A stretch of DNA of 64,000 nucleotides from the NCBI GenBank assembly GCA_947457935.1, contig CANGXP010000002.1, forward strand, positions 47,701 to 111,700, in the 5' to 3' direction. This stretch comes from Alphaproteobacteria bacterium (GTDB taxonomy: Bacteria > Pseudomonadota > Alphaproteobacteria > JAJTHO01 > CANGXP01). The translations under genes and the position numbers were made by a program. The notes beneath the pieces are model-generated. The model was not told the DNA's origin, ran no database searches, and saw only the letters and a program-made list of their open reading frames with translations. This document shows positions 1-10,151 of the stretch, in pieces. Position 1 is the first letter of the stretch, and each line of letters starts with the position of its first letter.

Positions 1-264
1 GCACAAAAAACGGGTAAATCTCCTGAAGAGGCAATTTACCAAGGCTGTTTGCTGCGCTTCCGCCCGATTATGATGACCACCATGGCAGCTATTTTCGGCG
101 TGCTCCCCATTGCGGTAGGGCACGGCGCAGGGGCAGAATTACGCCAACCATTGGGGCTTGTGGTGGTGGGCGGGTTGCTTACCTCGCAACTCCTCACGCT
201 GTATATTACGCCTGTGGTTTATTTGTATTTGGAGCGATTGCAGAGTCGCTTTAGGCTCTGTTGA
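1..264 (+). CDS. Partial gene, 3-prime end only: C-terminus of an RND-family (AcrB-like) efflux transporter
   Basis: Translation ...[59 protein letters not shown]... resembles the last transmembrane helices of HAE1/RND pumps. The ORF runs from the window edge to a stop at 262-264. Confidence 0.55.
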   Translation, partial: AQKTGKSPEEAIYQGCLLRFRPIMMTTMAAIFGVLPIAVGHGAGAELRQPLGLVVVGGLLTSQLLTLYITPVVYLYLERLQSRFRLC

Positions 265-398
265 GATTTTAAGTATTTTGAGGCGAAAATGGCTGTTTGC
301 CGAGCATTGGAGCGCAAGTGTACTTTTGGGTACATGCGCACCGAAGCGCAGGAAAATCAGACATTTGCAGACCAAAAGACGACAAATATCAATAGGGT

Positions 399-1952
399 CT
401 AACGTCGTCGAAAAGCTGCCCTAAGTTTCCGCGCATCTACCGCTTTAAACACCGCACAAAACAGCGCGAACAGCACACAGAATCCTGTAATAATAGCAAC
501 CAGCGCACCAATTCTCAGGGCGGCATGATGCCCCAAATTATACAAAAACGGGGTAATAAACGGCAACGCATATTCTATAGCCGCACTCATCCATCCTGCT
601 GCAACGAGGCACTTGGCTAGAAAAATCAGCAGTGGTTTGTCGAACGAAATAGCGTCTTGCTTGTGCAACCGTGTGCTCAACAAAAACACATTCAGCCACG
701 CGGCAATCGCGGTTGAGAGTGCCAACCCAACGTGCGCTAACGGCTGCATCAGAATGAAGTTCAACACAATATTTGCCGCCACACACACCATCGCTATTTT
801 CACAGGGGTTTTAGTATTTTCCCGTGCAAAAAATCCCGCTGTGAGCACCTTAATAATAATATAGGCAGGTAAGCCCACCGCAAAGGCTTGCAGAGCTTGG
901 GACGTGCCTTTCACAGCCTCGAGTGTAAATTCTCCGCGCAAAAACAAAACGTGCATAATCGGCTTTGCCAGCAGCATCAACACCACGGTGGTGGGAATCG
1001 CCACCAACAAGCCAATCTCTAACGCTTGGTTCTGTGTTTTAAGGGCTTCGGAGAGATTATTCTCCCGCAACTGCCGTGACAACATGGGCAGTAATGCGGT
1101 TCCCAAAGCAATGCCAATCACGCCTAAAGGAAGTTGATTGAGCCGATCCGCATAATACAAATACGTCACCGCCCCTTCAGGCAACAGGGTTGCGAGCATC
1201 GTATCCACCATCACGTTGAGTTGATACACACTCGCCCCCAAAATTCCAGGTAACAGCAACTTCAATAACTGCTTGATTTCAGGGGATAGTCGTGGGCGGA
1301 CAAAAATAGGGAACTGTAAGTTATAACGATACAATGCCCACACCAAAATCCCGAGTTGTAGCACGCCGCCCAGCGTGACGTTCCAAGCAACCGCATGTCC
1401 CGCAGACGAACTATAGTGTTGCCATGTTGACAATCCTGCAATCAACGCGAGGTTGAGCCAAATAGACGATGCTGCTCCTTCTGCAAATTTCAGGTTTGCG
1501 TTCAGAATGCCTGTGAGCATCGCTGCTAACACAATCAAAATCATATACGGCAAGGTGATGCGGCATAATTCAACAGTAAAGGCAAATTTCTGCGGCTCAT
1601 CCGCAAATCCGGGGGCAAGCAGATGCACCACTTGCGGCGTGAACACCATACATACCACGCATAACGCCGTCACGGTGAGAAACAAAAACACAAAACTTTG
1701 CGTGGCAAAATGCTTTGCCTGTTCTTTGGAGGCGGTGAGTTCTCGGGTATACAGCGGCACAAAAGCCGCACTAAACGCGCCTTCTGCCAGCAATCTACGA
1801 AACAAATTCGGCAAGCGGAACGCAACCAAAAATGCATCGGATACCACGCCTGCACCCAACACCGATGCCATCAGCAAGTCGCGGGCAAAGCCCATCACCC
1901 TGCTAACGAGAGTAAGACCGCTTAGGGTGGCGATGGCGCGAACGAGGGACAT
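399..1952 (-). CDS. murJ: Lipid II flippase MurJ (MviN)
   Basis: 517-aa polytopic membrane protein whose N-terminus MSLVRAIATLSGLTLVSRVMGFARDLLMASVLGAG...DAFLVAFRLPNLFRRLLAEGAFSAAFVP is characteristic of MurJ/MviN. Confidence 0.85.
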   Translation of the reverse strand: MSLVRAIATLSGLTLVSRVMGFARDLLMASVLGAGVVSDAFLVAFRLPNLFRRLLAEGAFSAAFVPLYTRELTASKEQAKHFATQSFVFLFLTVTALCVVCMVFTPQVVHLLAPGFADEPQKFAFTVELCRITLPYMILIVLAAMLTGILNANLKFAEGAASSIWLNLALIAGLSTWQHYSSSAGHAVAWNVTLGGVLQLGILVWALYRYNLQFPIFVRPRLSPEIKQLLKLLLPGILGASVYQLNVMVDTMLATLLPEGAVTYLYYADRLNQLPLGVIGIALGTALLPMLSRQLRENNLSEALKTQNQALEIGLLVAIPTTVVLMLLAKPIMHVLFLRGEFTLEAVKGTSQALQAFAVGLPAYIIIKVLTAGFFARENTKTPVKIAMVCVAANIVLNFILMQPLAHVGLALSTAIAAWLNVFLLSTRLHKQDAISFDKPLLIFLAKCLVAAGWMSAAIEYALPFITPFLYNLGHHAALRIGALVAIITGFCVLFALFCAVFKAVDARKLRAAFRRR

Positions 1953-1959
1953 GATGGCA

Positions 1960-3075
1960 TCATTTCACAACAAATAACGCATCAGAAAAAGCGGTAAACA
2001 CTCCATTCTTAGCTTTATGCGAAAAGGAAACAGCCATTTTATCAATATTTCTACTGTCGAAAGCATCCACATATGTATTAATCGTTGTTGTCAACGCATC
2101 AATATTACGCTTTAATTTCCATGATGCGTCAAAATCCGCCGTATCAATAAGGATTAAGAATAAACGATTGGATGCGTCAAAACGCATTTCTCCCTGTTCC
2201 TCATACAAATTTTGAATAAGCTTTCTGGGGTTTTTAACACATTGTTTTGCAAGGTTTTTTCTAAAGTCTGTAATTTCTTTAAGTGCCATATGGGCTTCAG
2301 GTAGAGCGCTGTCTTTGAAACGTGCCACGATTTCTGCAAACACATCTTTTTGTCTACCATCGCTCCCATATGCAATGTTTAGGATTTTTGCAGTAGATTT
2401 TAAGTGTGAGAATTCGGATTTTAAGCCTTCTTGTTTACGACACATCTCTACAAAATTTGTTGGAAGGTAGGTAACTTTTAAATCAAAGGGGATGTTATCA
2501 ATAAAAAAATCTACTTTTTTCACATTTCCAACAGCGGGCAAAACCTTTGGATGCTTTTTAAAAATGTTCTCTATGAGAATGGTTGACCAATGATTGTACC
2601 AACTGCATATGACATACCCATAGACAGCACGCGGTATCTCTGTCTCCAACATCCTATTAATAGTTTCATATGAGGGATATTCCTTCACATATGTATCTAT
2701 CAAATACTTATCAAGGGCATTTTTATAATCACCACCCCAATCAAAGTGCTGCACCCGATACAATTCGGAAACGAGCGAATTTTCTCGTTCAACAGAAAGT
2801 AGAGCCGTCTTCTGACGAATAAAAACATCTATTTGTAAATGCGCCTCTTGAGGATTTTCTAAAAGAATTTCATAAAGGCTTTTGAATTTTTGCGCTGTAC
2901 CTTTCACCGACGGAACATTGAGTTGAGCGTAGAATTCATCAAGAATTGTCCCTCGCGAAATAGATTTGAGCTTTAACCACAATAGCCCTTCCGTCGTTTG
3001 TGTTAATTCTGCAAGATTATCTGAATCAAATAAACGCTTAAAAAAATCAAAATCAATCATGGCTATTTCCTGCAA
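1960..3075 (-). CDS. Hypothetical protein, candidate restriction endonuclease partner of the adjacent methyltransferase (PD-(D/E)xK-like motif VDFFIDNIPFDLK)
   Basis: 371-aa ORF in an AT-rich segment. It overlaps the upstream MTase gene by 13 nt on the same strand. Its D-x9-DLK spacing is compatible with a PD-(D/E)xK nuclease core. I recognise no other family motif. Confidence 0.35.
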   Translation of the reverse strand: MQEIAMIDFDFFKRLFDSDNLAELTQTTEGLLWLKLKSISRGTILDEFYAQLNVPSVKGTAQKFKSLYEILLENPQEAHLQIDVFIRQKTALLSVERENSLVSELYRVQHFDWGGDYKNALDKYLIDTYVKEYPSYETINRMLETEIPRAVYGYVICSWYNHWSTILIENIFKKHPKVLPAVGNVKKVDFFIDNIPFDLKVTYLPTNFVEMCRKQEGLKSEFSHLKSTAKILNIAYGSDGRQKDVFAEIVARFKDSALPEAHMALKEITDFRKNLAKQCVKNPRKLIQNLYEEQGEMRFDASNRLFLILIDTADFDASWKLKRNIDALTTTINTYVDAFDSRNIDKMAVSFSHKAKNGVFTAFSDALFVVK

Positions 3076-4127
3076 ACCAATAAGTATTCTTTGCTTCCAG
3101 AAACAGAGCCTTTTCCTCCGCGTGATTGAGTATACTCTTTCTCATATGCGATAACATGCCTATATTTTTTAGCAATTTCAATAAGGCTGTTAATATCAGG
3201 ATAAGAGCGACAATTATAGCTTAATAACATATGGGGAATATTTTCAGATGCCGCAAAAAGACGATGAAAGGAGAGTTCTACATCACGCTTTTTGTCAAAG
3301 CCACTGTGCCTAGGGGGATAATATCGCTTGGTTCCCCCCCGAAATTCTTTGTCTTCCCAACGCTCCCCATATGTTTCTAACATATGGTAAAATGCTTGAT
3401 AATCAGCGTGACTACTACAGTAAGGCGGATCATAATACGCAAGGTCAATGCCTGATACTGTTGGCAATAGTGTTAGAATATCATTTTGATAAGAAATATT
3501 GTCCTGTCCATTATCAAAAATAGCGGCATTATACTGAGGTAGTATCTCTAAGAATAACGATTGTATGGGTTTAGCAATGCTCGGATTGCGCCGAATCCTA
3601 TCGGGATTATTAGCATATGGTATCGCTTGCAGGTGTGCAAAATGCCCCATAATAATTTTTCTTGTGAGGCTACGATTCATGACGCAAAGCGCAAGGGCTT
3701 TTTTATAGGGACAGGATAATAGGTCAACATTAGTACGAAAAGTATCAAGAAAAACACTATCTTCTTGATTGAAGAATATCCCTTGAAATAAGGTTTGTAC
3801 TTGGTTTTGCCGCAAAGGATTTTGTGCAAATAAGACAGATGTATCTTCTTTTGAGAGCGTAGCACTCTTGTTTTCTATCAGAGCCTTTCCTGTCATATGA
3901 CAGAATTGCATTAAATCATTGGTATGCACTGCTAAGCCTTGTTGCTTTAAAGCATATGCAACAGATTGTGACCCTCCGAACCCGTCTAATACTGTAGAAA
4001 TATCGTTAGGAAGATATTGTAATATCCAAGGCAATATTTTGTGCTTCGCCCCAAGATATTGGGGTTCGGGAAAATCATATGAACCATGGAATGATTGTGT
4101 GGGATTAAACAGAGGAAGAGCGTGCAT
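3063..4127 (-). CDS. N6-adenine DNA methyltransferase, Dam-like (D12 class)
   Basis: N-terminal AdoMet motif (EPQYLGAKHKILPWILQYLP...VLDGFGGSQSVAYA), a later catalytic DPPY tetrapeptide (LAYYDPPYCSSHADYQAF), and the motif order I-TRD-IV of alpha-class Dam methylases. GC is lower than the flanking DNA. Confidence 0.7.
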   Translation of the reverse strand: MHALPLFNPTQSFHGSYDFPEPQYLGAKHKILPWILQYLPNDISTVLDGFGGSQSVAYALKQQGLAVHTNDLMQFCHMTGKALIENKSATLSKEDTSVLFAQNPLRQNQVQTLFQGIFFNQEDSVFLDTFRTNVDLLSCPYKKALALCVMNRSLTRKIIMGHFAHLQAIPYANNPDRIRRNPSIAKPIQSLFLEILPQYNAAIFDNGQDNISYQNDILTLLPTVSGIDLAYYDPPYCSSHADYQAFYHMLETYGERWEDKEFRGGTKRYYPPRHSGFDKKRDVELSFHRLFAASENIPHMLLSYNCRSYPDINSLIEIAKKYRHVIAYEKEYTQSRGGKGSVSGSKEYLLVCRK

Positions 4128-4154
4128 ATGGTATTGTAGCAGCTCTTGTTATTT

Positions 4155-5864
4155 CTACAAATATCCCATGCTCTGCAGCTTCAAAATAATCCGTTGTGCG
4201 GCTTCTTCGCGAGAGCAGGTAGAGGTATCAATCACCAACTCAGGGTTCGTGGGGGCTTCGTACGGGTCATCAATCCCTGTAAAGCCTTTGAGGATTCCCG
4301 CACGGGCTTTGGCGTATAGCCCTTTGCGGTCGCGGCTTTCGCAGGTTTCAATGGGGGTTGCGACGTGAATTTCAATAAACCCGCTGTTGCCTGCAAAACT
4401 AGCACGAATGTCGTTGCGGGTTTGTGCGTAGGGCGCAATCGGGGCACAAATCGCAATACCACCTGCCTTGGCAATTTCTTGCGCCACATACCCAATACGG
4501 CGTACGTTGAGGTCACGGTGTTCTTTGGAGAATCCTAGCTCGCTGGAGAGGTTTTTACGCACCAAGTCGCCATCAAGCAAGGTGAGGGAACGCCCGCCCT
4601 GTTCCAGCAACTTTGCCATTAAGGCATTGGCAAGGGTAGATTTCCCCGACCCTGACAGCCCTGTGAAAAACACACAGAACCCTTGTTTGCATTTTGGCGG
4701 ATAGGTACGGCGGAGTTCCTGAATCACAGCAGGGTAGCTGAACCATTCGGGGATTTCCAAGCCTTGCTCAAGGCGGCGGCGGAATTCCGTGCCTGAAATA
4801 GCAAGGGCTTTGTCCTCTGGCTGCAGTTCATCGGCAGGTACATACTCGCTTTTGTTTTCCAGATAGAGCATTTCTTGGAACAACTCAATCTCCATGCCGA
4901 TTTCTGCGGCATGTTGCTTCACCAGCGTTTGCGCGGCGTAGGGATCATAAAACGGTTTGCCTTCTGAATTATTTCCCGGCCCTGCATGGTCACGCCCAAC
5001 AATAAAGTGCGTGCAGCCATAATTTTTACGGATAATGCAGTGCCACAGTGCCTCACGCGGCCCGCCCATGCGCATTGCCAAGGGCAGCAAACTCAACATC
5101 GCTGTTTGGTCAGGGTAGGTACGCAAGACGTGCTCATAGCAACGCACGCGCGAATAATGGTCAACATCCCCTGGTTTGGTCATCCCCACCACAGGGTGAA
5201 TAAGGAGGTTGGCTTCGGCGGTTTTTGCGGCGCGAATGGTTAGCTCCACATGGGCGCGGTGCATCGGATTGCGGGTTTGAAAGGCGACAACCCGCGTCCA
5301 ACCGCGCTCTTGGAAATAAGCACGGAGTTTTGCGGGTGTTAGGCGCAAGTGTCCGAAATCATAATGTGCGGGGAGTTCTAGCCCTGTAATCGTACCGCCT
5401 AGATACACATTTCCTGCTTTAGTATGCAGGTAATTCACCGCAGGGTGCGCTTTGTCATCCGCACCAAACACCGCAACGGCTTCCGCTGCTTTATCAGGTG
5501 TCCATTTTGATTCGAGGGTTAAAATGCCCAACACCACGCCTTCTGCATCACGCAGCGCGATTTTTTCGCCCACGTTCACCGTTTCGGCAAAAGCGTCTGA
5601 CACATCAAGGGTAATAGGAATCGGCCACAGCGTGCCATCTTTCAGGCGCATGTCTTTTAAGCAGCCGTTATAGTCATCAGGGTTCATAAACCCTTTCAGC
5701 GGCGAGAACCCGCCGTTGATGAGCATTTCAAGGTCGCATACTTGACGCGCACTTAAATCAAGAGATTTCAGCGCAACAATCTCTTGTTTTGCTTTGGCGA
5801 TCGCTTCGCCCTCCAGCAATAAATTTACCAGCGTGCCACCGTGGGCGCAAATAAGATTGGTCAT
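4155..5864 (-). CDS. Bifunctional sulfate adenylyltransferase (Sat-type ATP sulfurylase) / adenylylsulfate kinase (CysC) fusion
   Basis: 569 aa. The N-terminal two-thirds carry ATP-sulfurylase motifs (QTRNPMHRAHVEL, GRDHAGPG). The C-terminal third has a P-loop GLSGSGKSTLANAL typical of APS kinase. Confidence 0.85.
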   Translation of the reverse strand: MTNLICAHGGTLVNLLLEGEAIAKAKQEIVALKSLDLSARQVCDLEMLINGGFSPLKGFMNPDDYNGCLKDMRLKDGTLWPIPITLDVSDAFAETVNVGEKIALRDAEGVVLGILTLESKWTPDKAAEAVAVFGADDKAHPAVNYLHTKAGNVYLGGTITGLELPAHYDFGHLRLTPAKLRAYFQERGWTRVVAFQTRNPMHRAHVELTIRAAKTAEANLLIHPVVGMTKPGDVDHYSRVRCYEHVLRTYPDQTAMLSLLPLAMRMGGPREALWHCIIRKNYGCTHFIVGRDHAGPGNNSEGKPFYDPYAAQTLVKQHAAEIGMEIELFQEMLYLENKSEYVPADELQPEDKALAISGTEFRRRLEQGLEIPEWFSYPAVIQELRRTYPPKCKQGFCVFFTGLSGSGKSTLANALMAKLLEQGGRSLTLLDGDLVRKNLSSELGFSKEHRDLNVRRIGYVAQEIAKAGGIAICAPIAPYAQTRNDIRASFAGNSGFIEIHVATPIETCESRDRKGLYAKARAGILKGFTGIDDPYEAPTNPELVIDTSTCSREEAAQRIILKLQSMGYL

Positions 5865-5949
5865 AAAAATTCCTTTAAAGAAAAGACGCGTTACCAGAGA
5901 ATAGAGCTACTGTAAACCGTTTTCTTAAAGTCTATATGATTTGCATGAA

Positions 5950-7077
5950 TTACTGCATCATCCGCCACTCTTCCACCCGTTTCTCGATATAAGGACGCAC
6001 TGCCTCCACCAAGGCCGCAGACTCTTTTGCAGAGGCTTTTTTGCTGCGCATCACCATCACCGCGTAATAATTTTTCTCGCGGTCAATCCACGGATAAAAC
6101 CCGTATAATCCAAGATTAGAATTACGGTGTGTTGCACACTCTTTATCAACGCATTCCACCCATATGCCGAAGCCATACCGATGCGCCACGGATGCATACC
6201 CTTTAAACGGCGACCATTCTACTTTACGTGAGCCTATCTGATTTTGCTCCATCTCAGCAAATAAAGCCTCTCCAATAGCTGTTTTTCCCTCCACCACTGT
6301 TTTGTGGTTTATCCACCGCATAAACCGAAAATAGTCTTCTAACGCCAGCCACAAGCCACTCATAATCTGAGGATTATTGGTGGGCGCGGTGTCTTGCCCG
6401 TTGGTATAACGAGCAGAAAGCGTGAACCCTAACGGCTGTTTTATCGTCTCATTAAACAGCTGATTCCACGATTTTTGCGTGGCAACTTCTGCCATCCGCG
6501 CGGCGATTTGTAAGTGCGTCCCGCCATAATCGAAAGTCTCGTTTGGTTTAACCTCGGCATCTTTTTTATTCTCTTTATAAATTTTCAAAGAACATTGCTC
6601 TAGGGTAATCGTGCCATAATTAAGACAGCCTGCATCACGATATAGCCCCGATGTATGCGTGAGCAGTTGCCGCAAGGTTATTTTCCCCCGATTGCCTGAC
6701 CATACTGCGCCGTTTTCATCCTTCAAATATTTACTGGTGGTATCATCCAAACTCAGAAACTTCTGCTCCACCAGTTGCAGAATAACAGCAGTGCTTATCC
6801 ACGTTGTTGCAGCTTCAATATGGATGGGCTGGGAGGAAGGCGCATTGCCTGCCGAAAAATGATAAATTTGTTTATCTGTCACTGCATCGAATACATACAG
6901 CGTTGCATTCGGCACACGCACCGTACCTGTGCTATTCCGCATAATTTCTTGAATGGCTTGTTCCGCAGAAAGATTGGCATAGCGGTTGGTTCCAGCGTGT
7001 GCGGGAAGCGCGAACAGCAATAGACTGTAACAAAAGATTACAAAACGCATAGCATTGACTTTATGACAAGATTTCAT
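5950..7077 (-). CDS. Secreted serine hydrolase of the beta-lactamase/PBP-like (PF00144-type) family
   Basis: N-terminal signal peptide (MRFVIFCYSLLLFALPAHA) and a LLTHTSGL motif typical of beta-lactamase-family esterases/peptidases. 375 aa. An alternative start at the internal Met (position 7050) is possible. Confidence 0.55.
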   Translation of the reverse strand: MKSCHKVNAMRFVIFCYSLLLFALPAHAGTNRYANLSAEQAIQEIMRNSTGTVRVPNATLYVFDAVTDKQIYHFSAGNAPSSQPIHIEAATTWISTAVILQLVEQKFLSLDDTTSKYLKDENGAVWSGNRGKITLRQLLTHTSGLYRDAGCLNYGTITLEQCSLKIYKENKKDAEVKPNETFDYGGTHLQIAARMAEVATQKSWNQLFNETIKQPLGFTLSARYTNGQDTAPTNNPQIMSGLWLALEDYFRFMRWINHKTVVEGKTAIGEALFAEMEQNQIGSRKVEWSPFKGYASVAHRYGFGIWVECVDKECATHRNSNLGLYGFYPWIDREKNYYAVMVMRSKKASAKESAALVEAVRPYIEKRVEEWRMMQ

Positions 7078-7105
7078 TAGAAACGCTTTTTACTCTTGTT
7101 TCTGC

Positions 7106-8275
7106 GTGTCGTCCATGACTTCTGCTGTATTACCTGTTTTCAAACGCTTTCCCGTTTCCTTTGTGCGGGGAGAAGGCGTGTATCTATATGATGACACGGG
7201 CAAAAAATACCTCGATTTTGGTTCAGGCGTTGCCGTAAATGCGCTGGGGCACTGCCACCCCAAACTCGTCAAAGCACTTGAAACGCAAGGCAACGCGCTG
7301 TGGCATTGTTCAAATTGGTATGAAATACCCGCTCAAGAACACCTCGCAAAAACCCTCACCGAAGCCTCTTTTGCGGACTATGCCTTTTTCGGCAACTCAG
7401 GTGCAGAAGCGATTGAGTGCGGCATTAAAATGGTGCGGGCGTTTTTCTCGCATCGCAATGAACCAAATCGCTACACCATTATCACCTGCAATAATTCGTT
7501 TCATGGGCGCACGTTTGGCGCAATCTCTGCCATGGGGAGAAGCGGCTTTGAGCCAACCTTACCAGGATTTGTGCACGTTCCCTATGGCGATATTGAGGCA
7601 CTGAAAGCCGCTATCACGCCTTATACTGCCGCTGTGTTGCTTGAGCCGATTCAAGGTGAAGGCGGTGTCAACCCTGCCCGTCTTGACTATTTACAAGCCG
7701 TCCGCGCCCTCACCCAACAACACGGCATGTTGCTATTTTTAGACGAAATTCAAACGGGCATTGGGCGTACAGGCAAATTATTTGCTTACGAATGGGCTGG
7801 CATTGCCCCTGATATTGTTGCCTCAGCCAAAGGCTTAGGCGGCGGCTTCCCCATTGGGGCGTGCCTTGCCACAGCGCATGGTGCAAGCGGGATGTTAGCG
7901 GGAATGCACGGCTCCACCTTCGGTGGCAATCCCCTTGCGTGTGTGGTGGCGAGTGCTGTTTTGGAAGAAATCTTACAGCCTGAATTTTTACCGCAAGTGG
8001 ATAAAGTCGCACGGGTATTGTGGCATAAATTAGTAGAACTTATACCCGCGTCAAACAGTGTGTTTACGGCTGTACGAGGAGCAGGATTATTGCTTGGATT
8101 ACAATGCCGCGATAATAACATTGATGTGACAAAAGCGTTGCTGAAGAAGGGCTTATTGGTTGTACCAGCATGGGATAATGTGATTCGCTTATTGCCGCCG
8201 CTGATTATCAACGAACAGCATATTGACGAAGCCCTCGCCATCCTCACCGCCTACAAAGACAACCCCGATGCCTAG
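7106..8275 (+). CDS. argD: Acetylornithine aminotransferase (class III PLP aminotransferase)
   Basis: 389 aa with class-III aminotransferase motifs ([31 protein letters not shown]-lysine context [13 protein letters not shown]). It lies directly upstream of argF, as in the alphaproteobacterial argD-argF-hslO cluster. Confidence 0.8.
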   Translation: MSSMTSAVLPVFKRFPVSFVRGEGVYLYDDTGKKYLDFGSGVAVNALGHCHPKLVKALETQGNALWHCSNWYEIPAQEHLAKTLTEASFADYAFFGNSGAEAIECGIKMVRAFFSHRNEPNRYTIITCNNSFHGRTFGAISAMGRSGFEPTLPGFVHVPYGDIEALKAAITPYTAAVLLEPIQGEGGVNPARLDYLQAVRALTQQHGMLLFLDEIQTGIGRTGKLFAYEWAGIAPDIVASAKGLGGGFPIGACLATAHGASGMLAGMHGSTFGGNPLACVVASAVLEEILQPEFLPQVDKVARVLWHKLVELIPASNSVFTAVRGAGLLLGLQCRDNNIDVTKALLKKGLLVVPAWDNVIRLLPPLIINEQHIDEALAILTAYKDNPDA

Positions 8276-9158
8276 ACATTTTCTCGACCTTAATCAGATT
8301 CCCCCCCGCGATTTACGCGCTATTATCGACGGCGCAAAACGCTTGAAAAATAGCCCTGTTAAAGAACCGTTACTCAGCGGCAAAACGCTTGCGATGATTT
8401 TTGAAAAGCCGTCTACCCGCACGCGCTTTTCGTTTGATATTGGGATGAGCCAACTCGGCGGGTACGCCATTGTCACCAACCAAAATGACATGCAACTGGG
8501 GCGTGGCGAGCCTATTTCCGATACCGCAAAAGTCCTTTCCCGTTATGTGGATGTGATAATGCTGAGAAGCCTCTATCACGAGCGTCTCATCGCGCTGGCA
8601 GAACACGCAACTATTCCCGTCATCAACGGACTAACAGACAAAAGCCACCCTTGCCAAATCATGGCGGATATTTTGACGATTGAAGAGCATCGTGGTACTA
8701 TCACAGGTAAAAAGATTGCGTGGATTGGCGATGTAAATAACGTCTGCGTGTCGTTCATTCATGCCGCCATTGCGTTCGATTTTACGTTGCATATCGCCTG
8801 CCCCGTGTCGCTCCAAACACTTAGCAAGTCCTACCAAGACCACAAAAATATTGTGCTCACAATAGATATAACAACGGCGGCAACAGGGGCGGATGTGATT
8901 GTCACCGATACATGGATTTCTATGGGCTGCCCCGATGAAGCGGCGCAAATTCAGGCGCTTACACCCTATCAAGTCAATAGTGCCGTGATGAACCTTGCAA
9001 AGTCAGACGTGTTGTTTCTGCATTGTCTGCCTGCTGTGCGCGGGCAAGAAGTCACCCCCGAGGTAATAGACGGCGCACAGTCTGTGGTGTGGGATGAGGC
9101 AGAAAATCGCCTGCACGCACAAAAAGCAATTTTGCTGTGGTGTTTGGGAAAACTGTAA
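8268..9158 (+). CDS. argF: Ornithine carbamoyltransferase
   Basis: STRTR carbamoyl-phosphate binding motif ([13 protein letters not shown]), HPCQ and the ornithine-binding HCLP motif ([13 protein letters not shown]). I placed the start at the internal Met (MPRHFLDL), which overlaps the argD stop by 8 nt. The ORF track begins 45 nt earlier. Confidence 0.85.
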   Translation: MPRHFLDLNQIPPRDLRAIIDGAKRLKNSPVKEPLLSGKTLAMIFEKPSTRTRFSFDIGMSQLGGYAIVTNQNDMQLGRGEPISDTAKVLSRYVDVIMLRSLYHERLIALAEHATIPVINGLTDKSHPCQIMADILTIEEHRGTITGKKIAWIGDVNNVCVSFIHAAIAFDFTLHIACPVSLQTLSKSYQDHKNIVLTIDITTAATGADVIVTDTWISMGCPDEAAQIQALTPYQVNSAVMNLAKSDVLFLHCLPAVRGQEVTPEVIDGAQSVVWDEAENRLHAQKAILLWCLGKL

Positions 9159-9159
9159 C

Positions 9160-10110
9160 ATGACTAGCATATCCCCTGAAATAACGGATGAAACCGATAC
9201 CATCCGCGCCTTCCATTTTGAAAACCAAAACGTGCGCGGGCGCGTCATTAAATTGTCTGAAAGTATCACCGAAATTATCAACGCCCACGCCTATCCCCCC
9301 CTCATTGCAAATATTCTGGCTGAAGCCCTCACCATCACGGCAACACTCGCAAGTTTCCTAAAGTACGACGGCATTTTCACCCTGCAAACCAGCGGTGATG
9401 GTATTATAAAAATGTTGGTGTGCGATATGACTAGCGAGGGACACTTGCGCGGCTATGCCCAATATAATGACAATAAATTACAACGCGCCTTTGAAGGAAA
9501 AAATACGCCCCAAACCGTGCAAGAACTTTTCGGCAAGGGCTACCTTGCGTTCACCGTTGACCAAGGCGATAAAACCGAACGCTATCAAGGTATCGTGCCA
9601 CTGGAAGGCGAAACCCTTGCCGCCTGTGCGGAGGATTATTTCATGCATTCAGAGCAAATTGAGTGCGTCATAAAACTCAGCACCCGAACAATCCAACAGC
9701 CCACAACCATCTGGCAAACGGGATGCTTAGTATTGCAAAAAATGCCGTCTGTTGCGCCCACTTCCCGCATCCGCCTCCCCCAAGGGGAAGATAACGAGGA
9801 CGCATGGAAACGCCTCCAAGTGCTGCTTGCTACCTGCACGGATGATGAATTATTAAGCAACACTATCACCACTGATACCTTGCTCTATCGCCTCTTCCAT
9901 GAAGACACCGTGCGTGTATTTGATGCACAAAAAGTGATTGCCCAGTGCCGTTGTGCACGGGAAAAAGTGCTGTTCGTCTTGGTAGGCATCAGCCCAGAAG
10001 AGCGCAAAGCAATGCAACAAGACGGCGTGATTTCCGCAACTTGCCAGTTTTGCAGCACCACCTACACCTTTGCGGATGATGATTTCCTCAGTGTGGAGAC
10101 ACAGCAGTAA
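9160..10110 (+). CDS. hslO: Redox-regulated chaperone Hsp33
   Basis: Hsp33 family with C-terminal zinc-binding cysteines (CRCAREKV...CQFCSTTY). The start was chosen at the ATG immediately after the argF stop (MTSISPEITD...). The ORF track extends upstream, antisense-free but overlapping argF. Confidence 0.85.
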   Translation: MTSISPEITDETDTIRAFHFENQNVRGRVIKLSESITEIINAHAYPPLIANILAEALTITATLASFLKYDGIFTLQTSGDGIIKMLVCDMTSEGHLRGYAQYNDNKLQRAFEGKNTPQTVQELFGKGYLAFTVDQGDKTERYQGIVPLEGETLAACAEDYFMHSEQIECVIKLSTRTIQQPTTIWQTGCLVLQKMPSVAPTSRIRLPQGEDNEDAWKRLQVLLATCTDDELLSNTITTDTLLYRLFHEDTVRVFDAQKVIAQCRCAREKVLFVLVGISPEERKAMQQDGVISATCQFCSTTYTFADDDFLSVETQQ

Positions 10111-10151
10111 ATCTGTTGTTGCCAGCAGGAAATTATACTAAACTCTTCTCT

